Source of the DNA: an uncultured Gammaproteobacteria bacterium
Lineage (GTDB): Bacteria; Patescibacteriota; Patescibacteriia; UBA9934
Direction of reading: 5' to 3'
Length of the DNA stretch: 47,188 nucleotides
Assembly: GCA_964344415.1 (NCBI GenBank)
Contig: CAYFMS010000001.1
Coordinates: 383,315 to 430,502 of the forward strand
Part shown: positions 23,624 to 32,119 of the stretch, one piece after another
Layout of the letters: each line of letters starts with the position of its first letter
Numbering within the stretch: position 1 is the first letter of the stretch
Program-made: the position numbers and the translations under genes
The notes under the pieces: generated by a model
Databases searched by the model: none
Told to the model about the DNA's origin: nothing
What the model saw: the letters and a program-made list of their open reading frames with translations, nothing else

Positions 23624-23691
23624 AGTGGATAACTTTTGTTGACGATTGGAATTTGGTGGAGTAGAGTGGAGTCATTGAGGCACAAAGTGGG
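23624..23691 (+). promoter_or_regulatory. Candidate mraZ promoter with GTGGA/GTGGG direct repeats (possible MraZ operator) and a DnaA-box-like 9-mer
   Basis: TTGACG (23639-23644)-17 nt-TAGAGT (23662-23667). GTGGA occurs at 23625, 23656 and 23666 (the last two 10 nt apart) and GTGGG at 23687. AGTGGATAA at 23624-23632 has one mismatch to TGTGGATAA. Confidence 0.45.
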
Positions 23692-23824
23692 TTTCAAGGT
23701 TCAACCTTGAATGCAGCCTCGAGTTTATTCTTATTTTATGAATGAGCGGTATCGGGACATCTCCCCCTGTCAGAAATCAAACAAGGTTACTGACAGAGCA
23801 ACCGCTTGTTCTTTTTTATAGCCT

Positions 23825-24256
23825 GTGTTCATAGGCGAGTATCACCATCAAATTGACGAAAAGGGACGCATGTCGATCCCTACGAAGTTTCGTTTAGACC
23901 TAGCGAAAGGAGCGGTTGTGACGCGAGGGCTCGATACTTCACTGTTCCTGCTTCCTTTGGAGGAGTGGGGTAAGCTTGCGAATAAACTTGCAGGCTTGCC
24001 CTTGGGACAGGCAAACTCGCGTGCATTCGCCAGGCTCATGCTTGCTGGCGCAATGGACGTTCAACCTGATAAGCAGGGACGGTTCGTTATCCCAGAGTAT
24101 CTGCGTCGATACGCAGGACTTCAAAAAAAGGTGGTGATTGTTGGTGTGTCTACACGTCTTGAAATCTGGGATGAACAAGCTTGGGAGACATATCGAAAAC
24201 AAACCGAGGAGGATGCAAGTGATATTGCTGAGCAGCTTGGGGAACTAGGCATCTAA
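23825..24256 (+). CDS. mraZ: Transcriptional regulator MraZ
   Basis: MFIGEYHHQIDEKGRMSIPTKFR and a second KQGRFVIPEYLR SpoVT/AbrB-like repeat. GTG start. Confidence 0.93.
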   Translation: MFIGEYHHQIDEKGRMSIPTKFRLDLAKGAVVTRGLDTSLFLLPLEEWGKLANKLAGLPLGQANSRAFARLMLAGAMDVQPDKQGRFVIPEYLRRYAGLQKKVVIVGVSTRLEIWDEQAWETYRKQTEEDASDIAEQLGELGI

Positions 24257-24279
24257 TTTATAATGCTCGGCTGAGCATT

Positions 24280-25146
24280 ATGAAAGCAGAACATATTCCC
24301 GTCTTGGCTCGCGAAGTCATTGATGGACTACAATTGAAACCGGGTATGACCGTTCTTGACGGTACGCTTGGACTCGGTGGTCACGCAGGACTCATCCTCG
24401 ATCAAATAGGCGATGAGGGCACATTGATCGGTGTTGATCGCGATGATCGAAACCTTGCTCTCGCAAAAGATCAATTGCAAGAAAAACCCGGAACAAAGCA
24501 ATATATCCGAGATTCTTATGCGAATATCGGCGAGCATAATGTCGAGCATATTGATGCGGCATTGTATGACCTTGGCTTTTCGTCGATGCATGTAGATGAT
24601 GCATCTCGCGGATTCTCCTTTCAAAAAGAAGGACCGCTTGATATGCGATATGACCAGTCGCAGTCAGAAACGGCAGAGTCTATTGTGAATAGCTGGCCGC
24701 GTGAGGAGCTTGCAAAAATGTTTCGCATGTATGGTGAAGAGCCTCGATCGCAAGAAATTGCAAAAGCGATTTTTGACGCGAGACGAAAGCAAAGAATCAC
24801 CAGAACAACGGAATTGGCAGATATTATTGCGAGCGTGAAAAGGGCGCGGAGCAGGCAACATCCAGCGACGCAAGTATTCCAAGCTCTACGCATTGCTGTA
24901 AATGATGAATTGGGAGAAATGGAACGAGGACTTGTAGCAGGCGTCCACGCACTCAAAGCGGGCGGGCGAATCGCCGTAATCACTTTCCACTCATTAGAAG
25001 ATCGTTTCGTAAAGAACTTTTTCAAAGATAATGCAGAGCTGGAGGTGGTCACAAAAAAGCCACTCAGGCCAACCTTTGAAGAAAAAAAATATAATCCACG
25101 CGCAAGAAGCGCAAAACTACGAATTGCACAAAAAACGGAGGTATGA
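24280..25146 (+). CDS. rsmH: 16S rRNA (cytosine1402-N4)-methyltransferase
   Basis: HIPVLAREVIDGL, DGTLGLGGHA, DLGFSSMH.D...RGFSF, FHSLEDR.VK. Confidence 0.95.
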   Translation: MKAEHIPVLAREVIDGLQLKPGMTVLDGTLGLGGHAGLILDQIGDEGTLIGVDRDDRNLALAKDQLQEKPGTKQYIRDSYANIGEHNVEHIDAALYDLGFSSMHVDDASRGFSFQKEGPLDMRYDQSQSETAESIVNSWPREELAKMFRMYGEEPRSQEIAKAIFDARRKQRITRTTELADIIASVKRARSRQHPATQVFQALRIAVNDELGEMERGLVAGVHALKAGGRIAVITFHSLEDRFVKNFFKDNAELEVVTKKPLRPTFEEKKYNPRARSAKLRIAQKTEV

Positions 25147-25460
25147 AATCAACGTTAAAACAATTGAAGCAGATCGACGTCCGTCGACTTTTACCGATAG
25201 CGCTTAGCGTTGCAACGGTATTTCTGGGACTTCTGTATATTTGGGAGGTGAATATGGCTGCGACGGCAGGTTTTGAATTGCGTGATTTGGAGCAGTCTAT
25301 TTATACGCTCGAACAAGACGGTAAGAGTTTAGATGCGCGCGTCGCTTCACTGCGGTCAATCGATAGCGTGACAACACGAATGGATATGCTTGGATTAAAG
25401 CCGGTGAGTAGAATTGAGTATCTTGTGCCGGGTGGATCGAATGTTGCTATTAATCGATAG
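25143..25460 (+). CDS. FtsL-like cell-division protein
   Basis: 105 aa with a single TM (LLPIALSVATVFLGLLYIW) followed by a coiled-coil segment. It sits in the canonical position after rsmH and overlaps it by 4 nt. Confidence 0.65.
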   Translation: MKSTLKQLKQIDVRRLLPIALSVATVFLGLLYIWEVNMAATAGFELRDLEQSIYTLEQDGKSLDARVASLRSIDSVTTRMDMLGLKPVSRIEYLVPGGSNVAINR

Positions 25461-25620
25461 TATGGAAGCTCCGACGGTTCAGGAATTGACGATGAGAATA
25501 TTAGTGACGGTTATGATATTGAAGTCCGGGGCGGTGAAGATGATTGATCTTTTGTAAATATTGTGAAGAAAAGAGAAAGGGCACGGCTGAGGGTTCTTTT
25601 TTATTTTCTACTTACCATCG

Positions 25621-25633
25621 TCTGCGCTATAAT
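25621..25633 (+). promoter_or_regulatory. Repeat-borne -10 element TCTGCGCTATAAT, 9 nt before the gpmI ATG
   Basis: An identical 13-mer at 34437-34449 sits 6 nt before another ATG. Confidence 0.5.
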
Positions 25634-25642
25634 GACGACGAT

Positions 25643-27238
25643 ATGCCAAAAGACGCAAATAGACGACCAAGGCCTGCAGTGCTTATTATCATTGATGGAT
25701 TTGGTATAGCGCCTGACGGGGAGGGAAATGCGGTTACAAAGGCAAAAATGCCAACATTTGAAATGCTGAAACAGCGTTATCCGGTTGTTACATTGAAGGC
25801 CTCGGGCGAAACAGTAGGACTCATGTGGGGTGAGATGGGGAATTCCGAGGTTGGACATCTGACCATTGGTGCAGGTCGCGTTCATTTCCAGACATTGCCA
25901 AAAATTGAGAAAGCAATTGCGGATAAAAGTTTCTTTGAAAATGAAAAATTGCTAGCTGCGGCTGAACATGTGAAAAAGACAAAGGGCACTGTCCACATCT
26001 TTGGATTAATGTCATCTGGAAAGGTGCATGCATACAATAAGCATGCCTATGCTCTCCTTGAATTTTGTAAGAAGCAGAAAATAAAAGACGTGGCGATTCA
26101 CGCTGTTTTGGACGGGCGTGACACCCTTTATAATTCAGGGGCAGAGTTTATCGATGAATTGCAGGCGAAAATGAAGGAGCTGAAAATTGGGCATCTCGCA
26201 ACACTCTCGGGTCGATTTTATAGCATGGACCGCGACAATCGTTGGGACAGAACAGAGAAGGCGTATCGAGCGATGGTGCTCGGCGAATCAGATGAACAGT
26301 TCGACGATCCTATGGATGCCATCAGGGCATCATATGCGAAAGAAGTTTTTGATGAAGAATTTGTCCCAACCGTGATTACGAAGCGAGGAAAGCCTGTTGC
26401 GACCGTTCAGGATGGTGATGCAGTTGTTTTCTTCAATTTCAGACCAGACCGAGCTCGGCAGATTTCGAAAGCTTTTGTTCTCGATGATTTTAATAAATTC
26501 GAACGTGAAAAGATCAAGAATCTCTATTTTGCGAGCATGACAGAATATGAAGATGATTTGCCAACCGAGGTCATGTTTCCAACCGAAGAATTACAAAATA
26601 CGCTTGCGGAGGTTTTGTCAGATGCTGGACTTGTTCAATTGCATATTGCCGAAACAGAAAAATACGCTCATGTTACATTCTTTTTGAATGGCTCGCATGA
26701 AGACCCGTTCCCGCATGAAGATCGCGTGATTATTCCTTCACCGAAAGTCCCTTCATATGATGAAGCGCCTGATATGGCTACTCGGGAATTGACGGATAGG
26801 GTTTTGAAAGAGGTAAAGACAGATAATTACGATGTTATTATCTTGAATTTTGCCAGTCCAGACATGGTGGCGCATACGGGTAATTTTGATGCGACGGTGC
26901 AGGCACATGAAACGGTGGATGAATGTGTCGGAAAGATTGTAAAAGCTGTTTTAGCGCAAGACGGAGTTGTTTTAATTACAGCTGATCATGGAAATTCTGA
27001 AGAGGTGAAGAATATACAAACAGGTGAGATGGATAAAGAACATAGTACAAACCCAGTTCCGTTTTTTATCATTGCGAATCATTTGGAGGGTCAGCCAGGT
27101 ATTGCTGGAGACGTTCCTAGTGGTGATTTATCACTTATGCCTCCGATTGGGATGCTTGCTGATGTCGCGCCGACACTGCTTAAGATGCTTGGAGTTGATC
27201 AACCTAGCGACATGACAGGCACTCCACTTATTGATTAA
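25643..27238 (+). CDS. gpmI: 2,3-bisphosphoglycerate-independent phosphoglycerate mutase
   Basis: VLIIIDGFG, NSEVGHLTIGAGR, LDGRD, PDMVAHTG and TADHGN. The first ATG consistent with homologues is 25643 (MPKDANRRPRPAVL); the track's earlier start adds a non-homologous extension. Confidence 0.95.
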   Translation: MPKDANRRPRPAVLIIIDGFGIAPDGEGNAVTKAKMPTFEMLKQRYPVVTLKASGETVGLMWGEMGNSEVGHLTIGAGRVHFQTLPKIEKAIADKSFFENEKLLAAAEHVKKTKGTVHIFGLMSSGKVHAYNKHAYALLEFCKKQKIKDVAIHAVLDGRDTLYNSGAEFIDELQAKMKELKIGHLATLSGRFYSMDRDNRWDRTEKAYRAMVLGESDEQFDDPMDAIRASYAKEVFDEEFVPTVITKRGKPVATVQDGDAVVFFNFRPDRARQISKAFVLDDFNKFEREKIKNLYFASMTEYEDDLPTEVMFPTEELQNTLAEVLSDAGLVQLHIAETEKYAHVTFFLNGSHEDPFPHEDRVIIPSPKVPSYDEAPDMATRELTDRVLKEVKTDNYDVIILNFASPDMVAHTGNFDATVQAHETVDECVGKIVKAVLAQDGVVLITADHGNSEEVKNIQTGEMDKEHSTNPVPFFIIANHLEGQPGIAGDVPSGDLSLMPPIGMLADVAPTLLKMLGVDQPSDMTGTPLID

Positions 27239-27348
27239 TCCACAATCAAAGTCGGACATGAAATGTGGATAAGTTTACGAAACTGACTGATAATTGGTTG
27301 TTTTTTAATTTTCATCCACAGATAAAGTCCGACATTGTCTGTGGATAG
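27236..27348. promoter_or_regulatory. Cluster of four DnaA-box-like 9-mers with an AT-rich stretch, in a convergent intergenic region
   Basis: TAATCCACA (27236-27244), TGTGGATAA (27264-27272, perfect), TCATCCACA (27312-27320) and TGTGGATAG (27340-27348). The AT-rich GATAATTGGTTGTTTTTTAATTTTC lies between them. Confidence 0.5.
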
Positions 27349-27360
27349 ATTTTAGGTAAG

Positions 27361-27391
27361 AAAAAGCCCCTACCGCGAAAGCAGTAGGGGC
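27361..27391 (-). terminator. Intrinsic terminator of GC-rich cassette 3
   Basis: Minus strand reads GCCCCTAC-tgctttcgcg-GTAGGGGC followed by TTTTT. Confidence 0.8.
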
Positions 27392-27422
27392 GTAGGATCA
27401 CATCAGCCGTGTGCTGAGGTGA

Positions 27423-28940
27423 TTAGTTGTCGTAGCTGACGACGATCGCAGCACGATTGTTGTCCCAGTCGGTGGGGTATCCGTCGTCGTCGTAGTCGGT
27501 GAACGACTGTCCGTCGTAGGATTCCGACTCGGCGGTTCCGAGGTTGGTTTCCACGTTGACGTCCCAGATACCGAACAGTTCTTCCTCGACTTCGATGTCG
27601 ATGAAGTCACTGTTGCCATTCTCGTCGACGATGTGATGAGCTTGACCGTTGTCATCGGTAGCAAATCCATTGAACCAGAATTCGTCGTCGATGTCTCCGC
27701 TCAGGGTGACCTCGACGATGTCTCCGGATTCCAGATTCGTCATGTTGACGAGGAAAACCTCGTCGTTCGAGATGACGCCATCAGCTGCCAGCTGTCCACG
27801 CCCGTACCAATAGTTGATTTCGGGCGAGTCGGTCCGGTCGGACCGGGCCCCGAACAGCTCCAGCTTGTCGAGGTCTTCCTCGATCTCGATGGTGAAGGTG
27901 ATCTGGGTCAAGTGATCGCAGGCGCCGGACTCATCGACTTTGTCGTCGCAGTCGTTGTCGTTGCCGTCACAGAACTCGTCTTCGTTGGGGTTGACGTAGA
28001 ACTCGTCGTCGTCGCAGTCGAGATCGTCGCCGTCCTCGTAGTCGACTTCGTCGGTCTGGCATTCCTCGCGGAGGGTGCCGTCGTCGTCCTCATCACCGAA
28101 CCCGTCTGCATCATCGTCGTCGATGCACAGGTACAGGCACGACTCTTGATCTGCATCGTCTTCTCCGCTGCAGTCGTTGTCGATGTTGTCGTCGCAGTTG
28201 CCCTCGTCGATCTCTTCGATCTCGGCGGGGCTGACGTCATCATCATCGTCATCGCAGTCGGTGTTGTCCTCGACTTCGTCTGCTTCGCATTCGGAGCGTT
28301 GGATGGCAGCTTCGCCATCATCTCCGAACCCGTCGCCGTCGAAATCGGGATAGCAGTTGACCATGGTCACGTCGCCGCAGTTCTCGAAGACGTCGAAGTC
28401 TTCGTCATCGCAGTCGGTATTGTTCCAGCTCCCTTCGATGAGAGTGCAGGTGAGCTCGCTGACCGCGAGTCCAGAATCATTCGAATCGCCATACCCATCG
28501 CCATCAGTGTCTCTGAAGCAGAGGGTGTAGCAGATGTTCTGGACGTCAAACTCTTCGTCATTGCAGTCGGAGTTGTTCAGGCTGTGCCAGCCGTCACTCA
28601 CCAGTGCATCGCAGTCGTCGCTCGGAATCTCGATCCCTGGATCGAGCGGATCACCGAATCCATCGCCGTCGCTGTCGATGTAGCACATGACATCTTCCAC
28701 AACGCTGCAGTTCTCGAAGACATAGAAGTCTTCGTCATCGCAGTCGGTGTTGTTCAGGCTGTACGTACCAGCGTCCACCAGTACGTCACAGTCGTCGCTT
28801 GGAATCTCGATGCCTGGATCGAGCGGGTCACCATAGGTATCGCCGTCGCCGTCGATGTAGCACATGACGTCGGGATTGCTCTGACCACCTCCGAAGAAGT
28901 AGATCCAGAGCATGAACAGGAATTGTTTGAATGCGGTCAT
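27423..28940 (-). CDS. GC-rich cassette 3: exported protein with five Cys/Asp-rich 'putative metal-binding motif' (MopE-like) repeats, poly-acidic linker and C-terminal beta-rich domain
   Basis: GGAGG lies 4 nt before ATG 28940 (MTAFKQFLFMLWIYFFGGG). Repeats have the form C(Y/F).D.DGDG(Y/F)GD.......C......(W/Y)...N.DCDD.D..V; the first two are near-identical. A later motif is CDGNDNDCDDKVDE. Asp is almost always GAC. Sampled line 27961 is 34/60 G+C. Confidence 0.75.
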   Translation of the reverse strand: MTAFKQFLFMLWIYFFGGGQSNPDVMCYIDGDGDTYGDPLDPGIEIPSDDCDVLVDAGTYSLNNTDCDDEDFYVFENCSVVEDVMCYIDSDGDGFGDPLDPGIEIPSDDCDALVSDGWHSLNNSDCNDEEFDVQNICYTLCFRDTDGDGYGDSNDSGLAVSELTCTLIEGSWNNTDCDDEDFDVFENCGDVTMVNCYPDFDGDGFGDDGEAAIQRSECEADEVEDNTDCDDDDDDVSPAEIEEIDEGNCDDNIDNDCSGEDDADQESCLYLCIDDDDADGFGDEDDDGTLREECQTDEVDYEDGDDLDCDDDEFYVNPNEDEFCDGNDNDCDDKVDESGACDHLTQITFTIEIEEDLDKLELFGARSDRTDSPEINYWYGRGQLAADGVISNDEVFLVNMTNLESGDIVEVTLSGDIDDEFWFNGFATDDNGQAHHIVDENGNSDFIDIEVEEELFGIWDVNVETNLGTAESESYDGQSFTDYDDDGYPTDWDNNRAAIVVSYDN

Positions 28941-29019
28941 GCCGCCTCCATTGTCTCGTGTTGAAAATGTACGTAAACACCCGTTAGACGGGAGTCCACG
29001 AAATAACTCGTGGTCGCAA

Positions 29020-29048
29020 AAAGTAGCACAAAATGCCTCATTTGTCAA
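29020..29048 (-). promoter_or_regulatory. Extended -10 promoter of cassette 3
   Basis: Minus strand reads TTGACA-AATGAGGCATTTTG-TG-C-TACTTT. Confidence 0.55.
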
Positions 29049-29109
29049 TGCTGAGACTGGAAAAAATGATCATTATGATATAGTTCAGACAACCTTTTTT
29101 TGGAAAAAT

Positions 29110-29943
29110 ATGAAGAAAATGCAAGAAATTGGCCAAGATAAGCCACATTCTAAGGTTATCACAACTTTGGTGGTGATTATCCTATTCTTACTTATAGGAA
29201 TAATAGTGCTACTTTCATTGCTATTTTGGAATGATGTGACAGATTTCGCTGATCAGATTCCAGAGGATGAAATTTCAACTGAAATGACCGATGATTCACA
29301 AGATGAAGATGTCCTAGATATTGAAGAAAATGACGAATCATCTGAAATAAGTGCATTACCATATCTCGAAAACACATCACGAAATATCGATTTTTCCTTT
29401 GAATCGACGTATTTGAATCAAATTCGTAATACGAATACCTATCCATATTGCCAGAAAATTGCTGGACATGATGGTGTTCCAGTGTCCGAACTGAATGAAG
29501 AAATTATTTCTCAAATGCTCCCAGAATTAGATCCTACGAATCTGACGGCAGTCACGCACCAGATTTTTACGATTCTTGATGCGAATAATCTAAATATCCA
29601 TCAAAAATGCCAGGGAACTGGATGGCAGATTCTAACGGCAGGAAATATAAATACGGGGCAATTGATGCTTATGCAAATCAATTCAGATGCTTTGACTCCA
29701 GGACAATTTCAATTGAATCAATTTGAAACGGTATCAAATGTGATTGATATGACATATGACATTATTGATTTCGGAGACTTTGTAGGGCTTTGGCATGGAT
29801 ATGGCGATGCTGGAATTGTTAGCTGGGAGGTGCGTCGTATTGATTTTGAATCTATGACACTTGATTTATATGAGTCATGTCAAGCCGAGGCATTTATGGA
29901 TCCGGGTCAGTTGACATGTGAACGGGAATATATTTCAGGGTAA
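29110..29943 (+). CDS. Hypothetical membrane-anchored protein
   Basis: Start preferred at ATG 29110 (MKKMQEIGQ...). The ORF-track upstream extension overlaps the cassette-3 promoter and start. TM VITTLVVIILFLLIGIIVLLSLLFW, then an acidic linker and a globular domain with no motif I recognise. Confidence 0.65.
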   Translation: MKKMQEIGQDKPHSKVITTLVVIILFLLIGIIVLLSLLFWNDVTDFADQIPEDEISTEMTDDSQDEDVLDIEENDESSEISALPYLENTSRNIDFSFESTYLNQIRNTNTYPYCQKIAGHDGVPVSELNEEIISQMLPELDPTNLTAVTHQIFTILDANNLNIHQKCQGTGWQILTAGNINTGQLMLMQINSDALTPGQFQLNQFETVSNVIDMTYDIIDFGDFVGLWHGYGDAGIVSWEVRRIDFESMTLDLYESCQAEAFMDPGQLTCEREYISG

Positions 29944-30668
29944 TGTCAAAAAATCCAAATCAAAAAGAAATACAGGAGGTTCTTTCAGTGCTGAAAAAAC
30001 GATTTCCACAGTCGGGTGCGCTTGAGCTTGGTAATCCCTATAAAACACTGACAGGAGTTTTACTCTCAGCTCGGACAAGAGATGAACAGGTTTTAAAATT
30101 GCTGTCAGGCTTTTTTGAGCGATTTCCAGATGTAAAGGCTCTGGCGGTAGCCGATGTGACAGAAATACAATCTCGAATCAATACGATTGGAATGTATCGA
30201 CAGAAAGCGAAGAATCTCAAGAAGATGGCGCAAAAGATCATAGAGGATTTTGATGGACAGGTTCCGGGCACAATTGACGAATTAACGACTCTTGCGGGAG
30301 TTGGCAGGAAGACGGCATCGGTTGTACTCCCTCATATTTTTGATACGCCAGCTATTGCCGTTGATGTGCATGTGCATCGCGTCGTTAATCGGCTTGAATG
30401 GGTTCAGACAAAAAATCCGGCAAAAACAGAGCAGGAATTATTGAATTTAATACCAAAATCATTACATAAAGTCGTGAATCAAGTCTTTGTTAAATTTGGG
30501 CGTTATATTTGTATTTCGCGCAAGCCGCGCTGCTGGGCATGCCCAATTCAAGACATTTGTCCGTATAAAGATAAAAATCTCATGGCTCCAAAAAATGCTG
30601 ATCACATTCTCGAAAAAATAAAGGATCAAGAGGAGGCCTTGCAAGCATTACGCGAGAAGGTACTATAG
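29943..30668 (+). CDS. nth: Endonuclease III (HhH-GPD DNA glycosylase with 4Fe-4S cluster loop)
   Basis: LTTLAGVGRKTASVVL (HhH-GPD), VDVHVHRV, and C-x6-C-x2-C-x5-C (CISRKPRCWACPIQDIC). Confidence 0.93.
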   Translation: MSKNPNQKEIQEVLSVLKKRFPQSGALELGNPYKTLTGVLLSARTRDEQVLKLLSGFFERFPDVKALAVADVTEIQSRINTIGMYRQKAKNLKKMAQKIIEDFDGQVPGTIDELTTLAGVGRKTASVVLPHIFDTPAIAVDVHVHRVVNRLEWVQTKNPAKTEQELLNLIPKSLHKVVNQVFVKFGRYICISRKPRCWACPIQDICPYKDKNLMAPKNADHILEKIKDQEEALQALREKVL

Positions 30669-30679
30669 TTCTGACATAT

Positions 30680-31192
30680 ATGCTTTTGAAATTAGATAAA
30701 GACATTTCAAAGTGGATTCATGATCGTGGCGAGCGATTCTTTGGATTTTGGGAATTTTTGTCACTGTATGGAGCGCTTTTGTACATTGCGTATTTTATTG
30801 GAGTATTGATTGCAGATGCTTCGCCATTGTCGATTATCTTGATTACGGGAACGAGTCTTGTGACGACATTTATATCAACGGTTGTGATGCGATATCTCAT
30901 CAGGCGCCGCCGTCCACAATTTATGAAAACGGCGTATGAGCCTTGGATGAATGATTATACATTCCCATCGCTTCATGCCTCGCTTGTTTTTGCCATTGCC
31001 GTTGTGATTGTTCATGTCTTGCTGACAATATCTTCAAGCACATTCGTGATATTCTCCGTCGTCATGCTGTTACTCCTCGCATTCCTTATCTCGCTTTCAC
31101 GCATTATGCTCGGCGTGCATTATCTGTTTGATATCATTGCTGGCGCGATGCTTGGGGCTGGACTTTCTTGGCTTGTGATTCTGTTTATATGA
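30680..31192 (+). CDS. PAP2-family membrane phosphatase
   Basis: The three PAP2 motifs are present: IRRRRP, PSLHAS and SRIMLGVHYLFDIIAG. Multiple TM helices. Confidence 0.85.
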   Translation: MLLKLDKDISKWIHDRGERFFGFWEFLSLYGALLYIAYFIGVLIADASPLSIILITGTSLVTTFISTVVMRYLIRRRRPQFMKTAYEPWMNDYTFPSLHASLVFAIAVVIVHVLLTISSSTFVIFSVVMLLLLAFLISLSRIMLGVHYLFDIIAGAMLGAGLSWLVILFI

Positions 31193-32118
31193 TGAAAAAA
31201 ATATTTGGATTGATTGTTTTTACTATTATTACTGGAATGGTTTTTGGCATTGTTGCTTTGAATCAAGCTTTTCAATTTTGGCTTCGAATGCCGCCAAAAG
31301 ATGCGCAGGAAATGAGTTTCGAGATTGAAAAGGGGGAGTCGGTGAATGCAATCTCTGATCGGCTTCTCGAGAATGATCTTATTTCTAATCTCTTTTGGTT
31401 CAAGGTATTTTTGAAAATCGACGGGACGGCTCGGGGTATCCACGCGGGGTCATTCACGCTGAAAAAAGGCATGAATTACAAATCAATCATTGATGAACTT
31501 TCATTTGCTGCTTCTGAGGAAATATCCATTACCTTCCCAGAGGGTCGGACGTCGACGGAATATGCTGAAATTGTGACCGAGCTTTTTGATATCACTGAAG
31601 ATGAATGGATTGCGACAGCGAAGCCATTTGAAGGATTTTTATTCCCAGACACATATCGATTTTTCCCTGATGCAACGGCTGAAGAGATTGTGAATGAAAT
31701 GAGAGACACCTTTAATGAAAAATTAGAAGATGCTGGGCTTGAAATTTCAATGGATGATTTGATCATTGCATCTATTCTTGAAAAAGAAGTGAAGCGTCCC
31801 GATGAGATGCGTCTTGTTGCTGGCGTGATATACAATCGGATTGAGATTGGAATGCCATTACAGGTCGATGCAACACTTTTTTATGTTCTTCCATTTGGGC
31901 AATTCGATAGCTCAATAGATTCCCCATATAACTCGTATAAATATACAGGTTTGCCGCCAGGCCCTATTGGGAATCCCGGAATCGCAGCGATAGAGTCCGC
32001 TCAAAATCCAACACCATCTTCGTATTTGTTTTATGTGACACGTCCGGAGGATGATGTAGCCGTTTTTGCGGAAACATACGGCGAGCATTCAGCGAATGTG
32101 CAAAAATATTTACGCTGA
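31189..32118 (+). CDS. mltG: Endolytic murein transglycosylase MltG (YceG-like)
   Basis: N-terminal TM. Motifs are PEG.T, LIIASILEKE, VIYNRI..GMPLQVDATL.Y and YNSYKYTGLPPGPIGNPG. ATG 31189 overlaps the PAP2 stop (ATGA). Confidence 0.9.
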   Translation: MMKKIFGLIVFTIITGMVFGIVALNQAFQFWLRMPPKDAQEMSFEIEKGESVNAISDRLLENDLISNLFWFKVFLKIDGTARGIHAGSFTLKKGMNYKSIIDELSFAASEEISITFPEGRTSTEYAEIVTELFDITEDEWIATAKPFEGFLFPDTYRFFPDATAEEIVNEMRDTFNEKLEDAGLEISMDDLIIASILEKEVKRPDEMRLVAGVIYNRIEIGMPLQVDATLFYVLPFGQFDSSIDSPYNSYKYTGLPPGPIGNPGIAAIESAQNPTPSSYLFYVTRPEDDVAVFAETYGEHSANVQKYLR

Positions 32119-32119
32119 T

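Noticed and set aside
27633-28964. A 443-aa + strand ORF and 90-137-aa minus-strand ORFs overlapping cassette 3.
   Set aside because: This is an antisense or off-frame reading of a GAC/GTC-rich gene (V/A/I-rich low-complexity product) with no start signals. The Cys/Asp repeat architecture exists only in the 27423-28940 minus frame.
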